In this document: positions 28,275 to 40,957 of the stretch, piece by piece | Layout: each line of letters opens with the position of its first letter | Numbering within the stretch: the stretch's first letter is position 1 | Assembly: GCA_040954595.2 (NCBI GenBank) | Contig: CM082585.2 | Coordinates: 7,589,808 to 7,653,807 of the forward strand | Source: Balanoglossus misakiensis | Lineage: Eukaryota; Animalia; Hemichordata | DNA: 64,000 nt | Direction: 5' to 3' | The notes under the pieces: generated by a model | Database searches by the model: none | What the model saw: the letters and a program-made list of their open reading frames with translations, nothing else | Told to the model about the DNA's origin: nothing | Position numbers and translations under genes: made by a program

Positions 28275-28967
28275 TCACATCCGCGGTGCCTGGGGCAAGT
28301 CTTGTCGATGTTTGTCTTCTTTCGAACCGAGACATATTCCGCACAAGGTGGCGAAAAACCTCACAATCTCGCACACGGTGATCACCGACAGGCCGACGTA
28401 TAAGCCGAGGGTTCCGCCCACATCGCTCAGAAGGTCTTCCCACTGTGACGTCATAAGCAAGAGAGGAAAAAAAATGATATATATGGCGAGAATGGGGTGT
28501 ACACTAGGTGTAAGGTTTTCGGTACTGACCAAAAATGAAATGGTGGAATGTGTAATATCCGGTCATGAACTGAGCCACGACAACTGGTCGCTCGGTATGT
28601 TTCAGTGATTAGAAAAACATTAACAAGAAAATAAACAAAATAATATCAAAAGTTAGCGACTTTGCCCAAAGGGAGCTGATCATCACCAGAGAGGATAGTT
28701 TTCTTACCATGTAAGCTGGGTGTTCAGACGTTGTCTCGTAATTCAGCGATTCAAAATAAACATTCAGTCGGACTAGATTAGATCTAAGTGAGAGAAACGT
28801 GGATTGGTAAGGAAACAGCACGAAGTATAGTAACCCACAACAATCATATTTGATTGGGAAACTTGATAAACATTACAATTTTAATTGGGGCGCTCCCAAA
28901 GAAATAATCAACGTTTTCGAATTGAAAAAATCTGTGTCCGCTGTTCTCTAGCCCGTTAGCCGAAAAC

Positions 28968-29057
<90 letters not shown>

Positions 29058-32000
29058 CCATCATCACCACCACCACCACCACCCTTATTAAACCTGACCA
29101 CTTTCCAAAAACATTCACTCAGTCCCCCCCCCCCTTCTTATTTACCTGGCTGATTCCAAGTCATTCAAATTTCGCGTCTTGGGGTTCTGCACCTTCACAA
29201 GCTTCAGCAGGTTATTCTGTTATTGGAAAGAGGGTGCGATAAATAATTATCAAAGGTTTTAGAGCCACTTAAAACTCCAGGTACTCGAACGTACTTTGGC
29301 TTATTTTCTCACTATTTTGGGTTTGTGTATTAGTTTAGTTGTCAAACGCCATCAAAGAGAGTTGGAATATTCAACTGCCGTAGATCCGTTTATTTTTATC
29401 CTTGACAATAGGTTGAAACTCTCATATGTGAGCAAGGTCACTCTAACCCAATGTTTGTGCGAATTAAACACCCGCACAAATGCTGGTTTGTAATTATAAC
29501 CACATAGACAATTATGGGGCCGATCTGCCGTAACCACTGAAAACACACGTTTCATACTCACCAGATAAGCATACGATGGCCATTGTGACTGCGATATGGT
29601 CATTAGGTATTTCATTTCTCTGTCAAATAATTAAAAAGCAAGTGTCAGAACTAATTCAGTGACAGTGACCATTTGGTATATTAATATAACTGTATAACAA
29701 GTTTGAATGTGTATGTATATGTGTATGTATGGATGGATGGATGGATGGGGAATGATGATGGATGAATGTCAAACAGGCAGACAGATTCTAAGATAACTTA
29801 TTGCATCGTTATTCAGCATACCTGCAAGGCGGGGGACATGTACATGGCAGCAAATCAGACTGATAGAAGAAGTAGATAAGCTGGCTGCACACCGCTAGAA
29901 AATGAAACAAGAAAAGAATGCCTGTGTTAAGCGCGAGTGGGTTGTTGTATTTTTAATGTTTGCCACGAACCACAGTGATGTGTAAAGTTCACATGCGGGT
30001 GTTTTTTATGAGTTCTCAAACACTATTTGATGACGTTTGTCGTGCGATCAGGTCAAATAGACCTGTGTCTAGAAAACACGTAAAATATCGCCATTTCAAC
30101 CTGGGGGCTGTCTTTCGTGCTGAAATATTAACAATGGCGTAAAATAAATCGAGATCTTTCGTCAGATTCCAATGAATATTTCATCAACGTATGGCAAAAA
30201 CATCAAAGTTTCATGTCGTCTGGGATGAGCTTATGCTTCTCAGGTGTCTATACACTCACAGTGCGAATACGATGTAGATGAAATAAATAACACCGCCGCT
30301 GTTACATGTATCTACATAGCTGTCTTTGAAATACACCCCCATGAGATCAAGGGATTGATTATCGAAATCCTGCTGTAGCATTACTAACATTTAGTTTCGT
30401 TTAGAATACCGCAGGGCGGCGCGTCGATCCCCGTCGTCTCGGTGCAACCACAGTAGTTCAGGAGTGCAGCATGAAAGCACGCCTTTTCACACGCCTGTGA
30501 GAAAGAACAGAAAGAGAGAGAGTGTTGAGTGTTACTGATTCAGAAGCCCATTTCATTAATTTTTGGAGAAGAGAATGTAAATCAACTGAAATTTAAATTG
30601 TAACAGCTCTCCCATAGTCCTCTCGCTATCTCACTCATTCATTCATTCACTCACTCACTCACCCACTCACTCACTCACTCACTCACTCACTCACTCACTC
30701 ACTCACTCACTCACTTCATTACATTATCTGACAGAGCATGACATGCCGTGACATAATGTAACGTAACGTGATATGGTATTACATGTATGTGATTATAATA
30801 ATATATGATAATATATTCTATGAAAATGAAAAATCCTTACCACAATCGAATATGCTTTCCAGTCGTAATTTCCTCTCACGTTTTCAGGAATGTATACTTC
30901 ACTGGCTTCGTCGGTACAGTTTCCGTACGGTTGCATTTGACGCGAGATCTGATTCTGCAATTTAAGCATTTTCAGACATATAATTGCCCACCCTTTCTGT
31001 TCACCATTAAGCTCGGTCAACTGTGGTTGGTCCTCTGTCTGTCTGTCTGTCTGTTCGTGCGCATTTTGGGCACTTTAACATTGATTAACTCCTTCAAATA
31101 CGAGCATCTTGTGAGTGTTCGACATCTTTGTAATGTCCCCCTTTGTGCCACGTGTGGGACAGGGTGGGTTTACTATTTTCGAAACACGTGACATCACTTC
31201 CTGTCTTTTTTGCGGTGAATTCCACGAATTTGTTCAGTGCACTTTACTGGTTGTCCGTGCTCTGGCTGTTTTGTGCTTGCCTTTGCAAGTGGTCATGCAT
31301 GTTCATGTGATATTGGGCATGTGAGTCTTATACCTACCGCCTGCAATGACACCGACGTCACAGTTCCCGGCATCGCAAAGAAGCCATTGTCTGCGGGGAA
31401 CGTCCTTATCGTACGAGGCGCGATGGACACAACAGCGGCCGAGTCCTGCCCGTAGACACTGAGGTACTCGCTCTGCTCGGTGAACAGCGTCAAGGACAGA
31501 CCTAGTAAGGAAAATGCGCATAGACCACCATATTACATTTCATTCATGATCTCACTTGTCCGCCAGTGTATAAGGTATGTACGTTTCACGCGGAATTGCT
31601 TTCACGTGTTTCTTTTTTGGAAACTGTTATTTTATCAACTTCATCTCATGGATACATCTAGAGTAAAGCAAGCAGTGACGCAATGTATATCAAAGCTACC
31701 CTTTCTCCGTAACACTTTACGTGAACGTAGTTTACTTGCCGTGAGCTTTGCCAGTTCCTCTTGAAAATCGGGCCGCGTCGCCAGTTTTTGCATTGAAGTG
31801 AAAACAGTTGCCATAGTTGTCGCTCTGTGTGACGTCAAAATCGGTCCTGAAAGCAAGTCAGTCACGCGTATCAGTAACACAATGCATCGTGTCCTCTAGC
31901 AAAAGTGCCCCATAAATCAATGTAACCATAGAAACAACAAACCATAACAGTTGTGACTTCTGCGAAACGGTAGCGCTTAATTCAAGCAAGAACGTGTGGA

Positions 32001-35000
32001 CATTTGTGTGTGGGCATGTAGATTTCAGAAAAACGCCCATCAACTCCATATTGAAAACACAAACAACACTTCAATGTATGAAGTTAACGTTTATCGACGA
32101 AGAGATGTGTGACTAAGGCTACGATATCCCACATTCGTAATCACACAAAGTGTTTCCGTTGGTACATTCTCGTCAATTATTAAAGACCTATTAATCACAA
32201 TACGCTGGATTTGAATGTGCAACTTCCAAGAAGAAGGCTCCCGAGAGAAAGGGGACGTGACCAAGCGCTTTAGCAGAGATGGTGAACATCTCGTTTGCTC
32301 ATTTGAATATGCAAATGAGAATAGAAATTTGCATACTTAGGGTCACATTTTTCGCCGGCGTATGTACACTGAAGTATGAAGTCCTCCGCCTGGTGTCCCA
32401 TCGCCGCTATCTGGCCGGGAGTCAGTTTCAAGACACCCCCCAGTTCTGTGTAGTCCGGTTCGTTGCTGAAAGTCTTGAATCGCAGCCAGTCCGGGGGGTC
32501 CTCTCCCTTGACGCGATGGTATCCCAGGTGACGGTAGATGTTGTCCCGGAAGTAGTCGTAGGTGGACAGGTTGTTGGTGATTGACAGGTAGGGCTGTTGC
32601 CAGCCAGGGGCGAAGAGGTGTTCGGTGTCTTAAATCCAAGAACAGCAATAACGAAACAGTGCACGAATAAGAAAGGGAGAAATGTAAAAACATGTTAACC
32701 CTTTCATCACCATGGTTCAGTCCAAATCTGTTATTGCCTATGGTAAAGTTGGACGTTTAAAGAGGGAACAGGGTGGGGTTAATGAGATATCGATTGATAA
32801 TATAATAGCATCATGATTTTTCACTCCAAGCTTTTTGGTTTGCCCCCCCCCCCCCCCGATCCAAAGCTAGCGAAATCCCAGTCAACTTACCGTTTATGTC
32901 AGCATTAACACATCCCAGCTCATCAAAGCGATCCGCACAGTCAAAGAGAGTGTCACATATCTGGTAAGGGTGGACACACTCCCCGGATGTACACCTTATG
33001 AAACTGGCGGGGCAATCCGTTTCATTGTCCACTGGAATAACGACTGAAAGATAACATTTCATCAGTGAGAGGTTGTACATTGCATGTACGTTGACATACA
33101 TACATACATACATACATACATACATACATACATACATACATACATACATACATACATACATACATACATACATACATACATACATACATACATACATACA
33201 TACATACATACATACATACATGCATGCATGCATGCATGCATGCATGCATGCATGCATGCATGCATGCACGCACGCACGCACACACGCACGCACGCACAAA
33301 CACACACACACACACACACATACATACATACATACATACATACATACACACATACATACATACATGTCTCTTACTTGGGGGGAGCAGACTTTGATAGAAG
33401 TCAGTGCCAATCGATTTGATGGTCCTTATACCGTCGTAGCCAATGCTTTCTTGGTGGAGAGTACAAGTATGTGTAGCATGATGGAAATCAAAGGACCGAC
33501 ACGAGTAGAGTTTCCAGTAGTAACATGTGTGAAGACACTTGTGCAGGGACACGTTGGGTATAACATCCGTAGAGTTGATGGGTAGAGTCCTGTCTTTTTG
33601 TTTGTCGAACACGGAAAACAATCTCGTTCTCAGGAGGTTGCTGCGCATGTCCCTCACGAACTCTGCAAGAAAAACACAACATCCCATGATCAATGACTTG
33701 TTTTATCATAGTACGTCTTTCCTTCAAATTGAAAGGATTGCATTTGCCATTCGTGGGCAGATTTAAGCACATCCATTATGTAGACAGGCGGGCAGGCAGA
33801 CAGACAGATAGACGGATACTCACTCGTCGCATGGACTTTAACCTCGCAGACATGTAGGTAGTCCATCCTGTAAGGGTCGTTTTGCAGAACGACGTACCTG
33901 CCGTGGATGGGCACGATACAATCACGCACAATAGTCTTATCGTACATATCCATGGACGCAATTTGTGACCCGCATTGTGTATTTTTATCAATTTCCTCGC
34001 GGTAGTATCCGACCTTCACTACAGCTCCGACTATCCTGAAAGCTGAATTGTGGTGTGTGGAGAAGGCACATTAGAATTTTCGAAACATGTGACGTTACTA
34101 GTTGATTTTGCAAAAGAATAAGCCAGATAATCTTTTTCAATGGGTTTCGCAACACGTGTTTGTCTGAATGTCATGTCTGGTCTATGTTTACTTTGCTCGT
34201 TTATGGTATGCTGTATGTTACTTGATTTCGTGAACATTCTAATGTGACGTCACGATTTCACGGCATGGGTATGTGACTGTTGTCATTTTCACACCTGTTC
34301 ACCGCAATGGAAACAAATATGTAGCAATACCTACAGCAACAATCATAACGGTTGATGATCACCACTTCGTGGACGGCGTAGATATCCTGAAGATCTACCC
34401 TCCACCAGGCGCCCTGTTCGTTGGCTGAGTGGGTGCAGCTTTGCCCGGTATCCAAGGCGAAGTTCTCGTTGCCGTCGACGGCTCTGCTGGCAACGTGGGT
34501 GTAGTAGGTGCTGCTCTGTTCGGCTGGCTTTCTGAGAGCCACGTTCGGTAACTGTTGGGCAATTTCTGCAATAAAACACCAAAAAACCTCATAAGAGCAG
34601 CCATTTTGTACTATAGGAAGTTCGTTTGCTTTGTTCGATGGTGAACATGAGCATTAGGGCTTTGCAGCTGACAAAAATCCTGCATGACGGCCGAATTTTT
34701 GTATAGTTGCTATTGCTTGCTATCCATGCCAGATCATGCACTCAGTTGATATTCCCAACATACCTACCCTGTCAACGACCATTAGAGGGAAATTTATCAA
34801 AATTAGAACATTAAGTATTGGCCATACATGACATGCATGTAAAGTTACAAACAAAACATGGAAAAATCCCATTTGCATCATTTTGCCAAATCATAGGCCC
34901 CTAATAAGTATGCAACTATATGAGTATTTACCGACACCGATGACTTCCACTTCACACAAACTTAGGTGGTCCGTTTTGTTTTGTAGCTGGACAGAAACAA

Positions 35001-38000
35001 TCCGCCCCTGTAGAGAACAGTCCAATTTCACCGTGGCATCAAATTCGATGTCGTCCCATGTGATGGGTTCGCCACATTGTGTATTGTTGGCGATGACGTC
35101 AGTGTTCCCAACCCTGACGACCGCGCCGTGCAGACGATAACCTGGTATCAGAAAAAAAGATAAAGTCACGTAGAATGCGCCTCAAACATCAAGGCAACTT
35201 TAGATTATTCTCTCTTAAAATTGAGAATTAAAAATAGGAGTCAGCGTACAAAGTTTTAAATGAGACAGCAAAATTGTGTCAAATTCGAAATTCAAAATGG
35301 CCGCCCAGCTCGGTGTTGACCACATCAGAGAAATAATGCCGATTCGAATTCCTACCGCAACAGTCCGCCCTGTTGGTGATTATTACGTGCTTGATTTCAT
35401 ATTCTTCGCCTAGATCAACTTTCCACCACGGTTCGTACTCTTTCTGGGTTTGCGTACAACTTCGGCCGGCGAAGTCGTTGTTCTTATCGCCATCTACTGC
35501 TTTGCCGGCGCTGCCGTAATCGGATAGGCTACTCTGCGTCGCTGTCTTGCCATCGGCGAGACTCCGGTATGCTGAATCTGCAAACGTACAGGAATGCATT
35601 CGTGAAACACTTGGGCTGACATATTATGAGCCAGACCGCGTTATCTGTGTAGAGGCTGTTTACCAGAGTCTACCAGTACTTGCCCCCGAACATTCTACCA
35701 TGTCTATGTGAAGTAGAATTTCCCCAGGCTTCATACATGTAAATGTACTAGGAAAGGTTAAAGTGTGGGTGTCGTCCCGTCTGCGGTTGCGCAGGTATGG
35801 GTCCCACACGACGCAGTTGCTGGCATAAAATGAAACTGCTACAATGTAAATTGTACATCATTGCAAACAATGAGGTTGTTACTTTTTGTCGCACTTCCAG
35901 TTTATTTTGATGTGACATGTATTGTTTGGCAATATTTCCCAGAATACTTTGAACAATACGGAAGATGTGCTTGTTAACAAGAATGTCGCACATGCGCATC
36001 TCAGACGACACTCCCCCCTTCAATTAATATTTACCGACTGCCATGACCTCCACTTCGCAAACTCTCATGTCTTCCTCCTTTCCCTTCACGTGAATGCTGA
36101 GATAACGTCCAGCAACGGGCGTTGGTTCGCAGCGGACTGTGAACGTCTTCTGCTGGGTCTCATGCTCCTCAACCCCCGCGAAGCAAAGCGGGTTGTTTAT
36201 GCTCTCTGAACCAGGAGATGGTCCAACACGAATTTCCGAACCAGCTAGGCGCGCTGAAATGTAAAGAAAGCGAAGATAAAGTGATTTATCTATATATTAT
36301 TCATTAGATCGTTCGTTCATTCATTCATTCATTCATTCATTCATTCGTTCGTTCATTCATTCATTCATTCATTCATTCATTCATTCATTCATTCATTCAT
36401 TCATTCATTCATTCATTCATTCATTCATTCGTTCGTTCATTCATTCATTCATTCATTCATTCAATCATTCATTCACTCACTCACTCACTCAGTCAGTCAG
36501 TCAGTCAGTCAGTCAGTCAGTCAGTCAGTCAGTCAGTCAGTCAGTCAGTCAACAGGTTGCCAAACTACATGCACTAGTTTTGTGTTGAGTTTTAGGTAGC
36601 ATGTGGTAGAAATTGGCCAAGGGACCTGACTACACTTCGCAGTTGCTTTCTTCCATCATATTCCAAACAGCGAATCGCAAAACCGCTTGTGGATGGATTA
36701 CTCACGCTCGTACGTTTCTGTGTGCGTTATTCTCACTTCAAACACGAGCACCTCCTTCCCAAGATCTACCGCCCAATGCGGTTGCCATAACCATTCTGTG
36801 TGGGCACAGGTCCACTCAATCCCGTCCGTGGCCAGCCAGGGACCTCTTCCTTGATATATCCTCCCGCTTTGAGCAGCCGGTCTGCCTCTGGCAAAGTTGC
36901 TCAACTCCGGGTCTGGAAATCACAGCGATTTTATTCATTATCACAAGCCAACAGGAAATTTGCCAAATGGTCAAGTACAAGTTCCGAGTACGCTGCGTGG
37001 CTGACTTTTACTGACGGTGCACGAGATCTTTCTATAATGTCAAATGACGCACCGCGCGCAGTCGTTCTGCGTGGTTTCTCTTTGAAGAGCATAATTTAAG
37101 CCCCAGCAACAGGCTGAGAAAAATGCGTTAATTACCACATATGGTTATGCTTTCGTCACTTCCGTCCCGGCAGTCATACGTTCCGTCGCAAATGTGGAAA
37201 CTCTCGATGCATTCCAATGACGTCACACACTGGAAGTCTTCGTCTGCGCACTCTGCAATAATGTAAAACAATGATAAGTGTTGTCCCTGCTCATTATCAC
37301 CATCCCTACTCATTATGGCTACGCAAATGAGAACCCAGGTGACCATGCGATTTCTGAAAGTTAATTGTTGTCACCTACCACCACAATTGTCCTCATCTTC
37401 TCCACCATAACACGTGCTGACTTTATCGCACAGTAGGTCATTGGAAATGCAAATTCCCAGTTCGCTTCCCGAGTTGCATCTAAACTGGTCGTCGCCGCAT
37501 TCAGCTATTGAAAATAGAAATAAATGTATGTAACAAACAATGGCCGAAAAACTGGCGTAACCAAATCATCCACCCCACCCCCCCTCACGTAACCAAATCA
37601 TCCACCCCTCAAGAAATCAACTGGTTTTCCCCTTAACTCACGGTATTGACAGTGGCTCTCGTCGCTCATATCATTACAGTGATTAACACCGTCACACACC
37701 AAGTAAGACTTGATGCAGTGTATGCCGTTCTGGCAGAGAAAATCACCATCCAAGCATGGTACTGTAAATAAACATACAGAAAGAAAGAGAAAAGGCTTAC
37801 AGATATATGTTAACGTCAACATATTTGTCTGACGCCATTTTGCTGACAGTATACGCAAATTTTCCATTGACCTGTTAACATGACCATCGGTTGTGCGGAA
37901 CGACAGTTATACTTGTTCAAGTAAAAACAAACCAACTTCCGTTAACACATTTCGGTGGCATAAGAATGACATTCATGGAAAAGAGCCTTTCCACTGATAA

Positions 38001-40957
38001 ATAGGTTTTTGGGGTGATATGTGTCTCTGTCCCTAAAAATTGTGATTAAAAATTTGTTGTCGCGAACCACACAAGTTACTTTAATTGGTAATTTCAGAAA
38101 CATGTAGATGGGACTTTATCACCCGCCTATTGATGAAACACTAGCGGAGAATACAGTGTCATAAATATTTCAGCTTTTAATTAATTTCGAGTGTGCGTGA
38201 GAATGATTAAAAAGGTAAGCCAGGTGCAGTGTTTAACTACCGTGAAAAAACAACAGTATTCTTTTAGAAGTTCCACACTGCCTTGCGCGCTAACAATAGG
38301 ATATATAGTTCCAGCCACACCCTGGATGCCGAGGGTTCGCGTTTTGTGTCTATCGCACATGCATTACGCACTGCGAGCATATTTCCGACTTGTAGAGAGC
38401 ACACGCCACTTTGCATATTACCGTAAAACGTCTGTACGGCGTATGACAGGTGTTAGTCGCATATCGGCCATGTTTATGATTACTCTTTTACGATTGTTTT
38501 GAAAGGATGATGGGAACTCTCTTTTTGCGACCGTGGCTGCCGTTACACCACGAATGGTTACACGAATGACAATACAAACAAAACAAACCAGACTATTTAG
38601 TTTAGTTTAGCTGCACTCACTGTAATATGGGGCGACGAAGTTGTTCTCCAGGATCAGCATATTACTGTAGATGGAGTCCCTGACGGCGCTCCGCCTCAGT
38701 TTGTTTGTGTTGCACACAGTTACAGAGGGAAACTCCAACATCTTCTCCGACACCAAGAACACCTGGTGATCAGAACACAGCTGAATTTCAGCACAGACTT
38801 TCAAGTACCCACTGGAACATGCTATCTGTTCGACGGGTTGGATGAATTGTGATATAAGTAAAATCAGGCGCTAATATATACAGTACCATGGTGATCTGCG
38901 ATCTTGTTTATTTTAATAAACTACGAAATATAAATTTTCTCCCCATAAAATAACAATTATAATAGAAAGAATGGTGTGGTAAGCGCGATAAAAATACCCA
39001 GTTACCTTCACGGAGACATTGAACTCAAAATATTGCACCAGCAGCAGGGTCATTTGGACCAGCATTAACCCGGCTGCCGAGACGACGATGGCCGCCCATG
39101 TTACACGAGAGAAGCTCGACTTTGCGCTGGTGATGTGCACAATGCCGTGCGCTGTCGTTTCCTTGCTGAAGTCTTCTAGAATGTGCTTGAATGATCCCTG
39201 GGGAAGTTGGTCTTCTTCTGGGTCGGCCTGGCTGCCCTCCCGTCGGGATTCGCCCTCGGGCGGTCGGTCTTTCTCGGAAACCTTGGCGTGTCCGTTCTTG
39301 GAGCAGCTCTCCTGCACAGTGATGACGTCAGCGCCGATACGACTTCTTTTTAAGGACAGGATCGGATACGGCGAATTTGACTCGGTCTCTTGCAAACTGG
39401 AACGGAAAGAAAACCCAAATGAAAACACACCACCGACATCTGCCCGCAAATTCCCCACACAAGGCAATGGAATCTGGTAAAGATACAGGTGTGAAATGAT
39501 ACTAAGACACCTAATCTTAATACCGCACATGCATGCGATAACTTGGTCACGACAACTTTACTAAAACCCGGAGTGCAACTTTATTCATTCGCCATTTCCA
39601 TATGAAAAACAGTTATCATACAAGGGGAACATTCGTCGAAGTTCATCACGTTGGTAAATGTAATATGTTGAGTGGTTATTTTAATTACGCATGTTCACAC
39701 CATCGTTCATCGATTATTATGACATCAATTATCAGAGCACAATGAACGCATGACGTCTCATTTTCGCATCAGTTACTTCGGGTTATAAAGAGATCTTATT
39801 TATTTATGATATCTTCAACCACCGCCCATTCGTGACCTTGATTAATATTGCCCTGGCTCTGTTGACTCTGAAACTATTCCCAAGCTGACGACAAAGAAAG
39901 AAACTCATTGTATAAAGTTGCCTTAAATCATTTGGAATCCATAAGTAGTTTTTTTCCCCTGAAAGAAACAGAGAAATGTTGACGCTAATGGCCAGGTACC
40001 TTTAATTCCGTTCTTATCAAAAGTTATCACACGATCCTTAAAGAAACATATAATGCTTGCTTTGAAGTAATTTTACACATTAGCACTTGCAATGTCCACG
40101 ATTTCTCCAGAGATATCATACTGCTCTATTAAGGTCCACCAGGATATCGAACAGATAACCTTGCTCCTTGTTGTCTATTTTGTATTTATGTGCTGCCATT
40201 ATTTCAGTGAAAGAAACTTCAGAGAACCTGGCAACATGTATTGAGTCGCATAAGCGCGGATCTGCATCAGTAAATAGTTTTGCACAATCCTGCAATCGAC
40301 CGTCGCCTGTCGACTTATGTGAAACAGAGCGGGGGTCGTGTAAGAAATTGTATCTCTTATTTTTTAGCTCGGCTATTGAACGGCGTTCGAACGTTCCACT
40401 AGAGGTAGAGAATAATTGCGATTATACCTGTACATATTCCAACGCCCATAGGTCAAACATGTAGTGTTTACATGGCCAGTTGCAAAGACAGTTACCAAAG
40501 CACAGCACATCACAGCACAACACAACACAGAACAAACTAGTCCGTGAAAGAACACCGGAAAACCAGGCAAAACAACCAGAATGTGATGTCCAGCGTTTCG
40601 AAAACAGTAAGGCTTATTTTTAGCGTGCGCTCACCCTCAATCCCTAAGTCAAAATGTTTTTTTTGTCGTGATGTACTCGCTACTTGTAGACTGTATACAG
40701 TTCACACAGATAGGCACCAGCGTTTCGCTCATCAAACTAAATAAATTGCATTTTTGTATCCACGTCAACCTACCTGTAGCTGTGTGACGTATTTGCCGGA
40801 CAATCGAAAAACATACGCGCAATGTGTTGGTCAGAGCTGTCATGTTATGACATTTCATGAAAAAAACTTACCTACGCTCAACGCTTGTGTTGGTGTGGCC
40901 ATATAGCCAGGATGATCGGTATGTGACCGGGGTCGTGAAATAGTTGCCCTTATCCAT
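28275..40957 (-). CDS. DEG/ENaC (ASIC/ENaC superfamily) channel subunit with LDLa x3, F-type lectin x3, PAN/apple and LDLa inserted in the extracellular loop; ~24 coding exons, ~1,300 aa
   Basis: Candidate ATG 40957 (MDKGNYF...). Exon 39396-39006 has TTAHG + TM1; 38762-38621 FPSVTVCNTN; insert 37761-32891; 32628-32337 GHQAEDFILQCTY; 31846-31740 YGNCFHFN; 31501-31338 GLSLTLFTEQSEY; 30954-30841 PYGNC; Cys-rich thumb CEKAC...CGC and CTCPPPC; SQWPS; LNVYFESLNYE; last exon WEDLLSDVGGTLGLYVGLSVITVCE (TM2, GxS filter); stop 28275. All junctions are phase-compatible. Confidence 0.88.
28970..29082. repeat. (CAT)n/(CAC)n microsatellite in a channel intron
   Basis: About 30 CAT units followed by CAC units. 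Confidence 0.95.
30632..30715. repeat. (TCAC)n/(TCAT)n microsatellite
   Basis: Tandem TCAC units. Confidence 0.92.
32695..32782 (+). mobile_element. Most complete copy of the ~90-bp mini-element, flanked by TTAA on both sides
   Basis: TTAA-CCCTTTCATCACCATGGTTCAGTCCAAA...GGGTGGGG-TTAA; TTAA target and CCC/GGG ends are typical of piggyBac-type elements. Confidence 0.65.
32891..33043 (-). other. Fourth LDL-receptor class A exon inside the channel gene
   Basis: CPASFIRCTSGECVHPYQICDTLFDCADRFDELGC; 153-nt phase 1-1 exon. Confidence 0.88.
33095..33365. repeat. Compound (TACA)n/(TGCA)n/(CA)n microsatellite in an intron
   Basis: Tandem TACA, then TGCA, CACG and CA units. Confidence 0.97.
33375..33662 (-). 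other. PAN/apple-like exon inside the channel gene
   Basis: VSLHKCLHTCYYWKLYSCRSFDFHHATHTCTLH fits the PAN pattern C-x3-C...C-x-S-F...C-x-L; 288-nt phase 1-1 exon. Confidence 0.8.
33824..36912 (-). other. Three F-type (fucolectin) lectin domains, two exons each, inside the channel gene
   Basis: FTL1 36912-36706 + 36253-36035; FTL2 35577-35356 + 35141-34932; FTL3 34565-34335 + 34042-33824. Motifs NVALRKPAEQSS, AVDG, CTH, WWRVDL, NRxDCC, GRYV, LCEVEV. Confidence 0.9.
36310..36550. repeat. Compound (TTCA)n/(TCAC)n/(TCAG)n microsatellite
   Basis: Long tetranucleotide array in the FTL1 intron. Confidence 0.97.
37136..37761 (-). other. Three LDL-receptor class A exons inside the channel gene
   Basis: 37761-37642 CLDGDFLCQNGIHCIKSYLVCDGVNHCNDMSDESHC; 37504-37379 CGDDQFRCNSGSELGICISNDLLCDKVSTCYGGEDEDNC; 37252-37136 CADEDFQCVTSLECIESFHICDGTYDCRDGSDESITIC; each is phase 1-1. 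Confidence 0.9.

Noticed and set aside
28844-29101. Poly-Asp/poly-Gly ORF
   Set aside because: Intronic (CAT)n/(CAC)n repeat; not coding.
33062-33419. Long MYVC/TYIH-repeat ORFs on both strands
   Set aside because: Read-through of the (TACA)n microsatellite between the PAN and LDLa exons.
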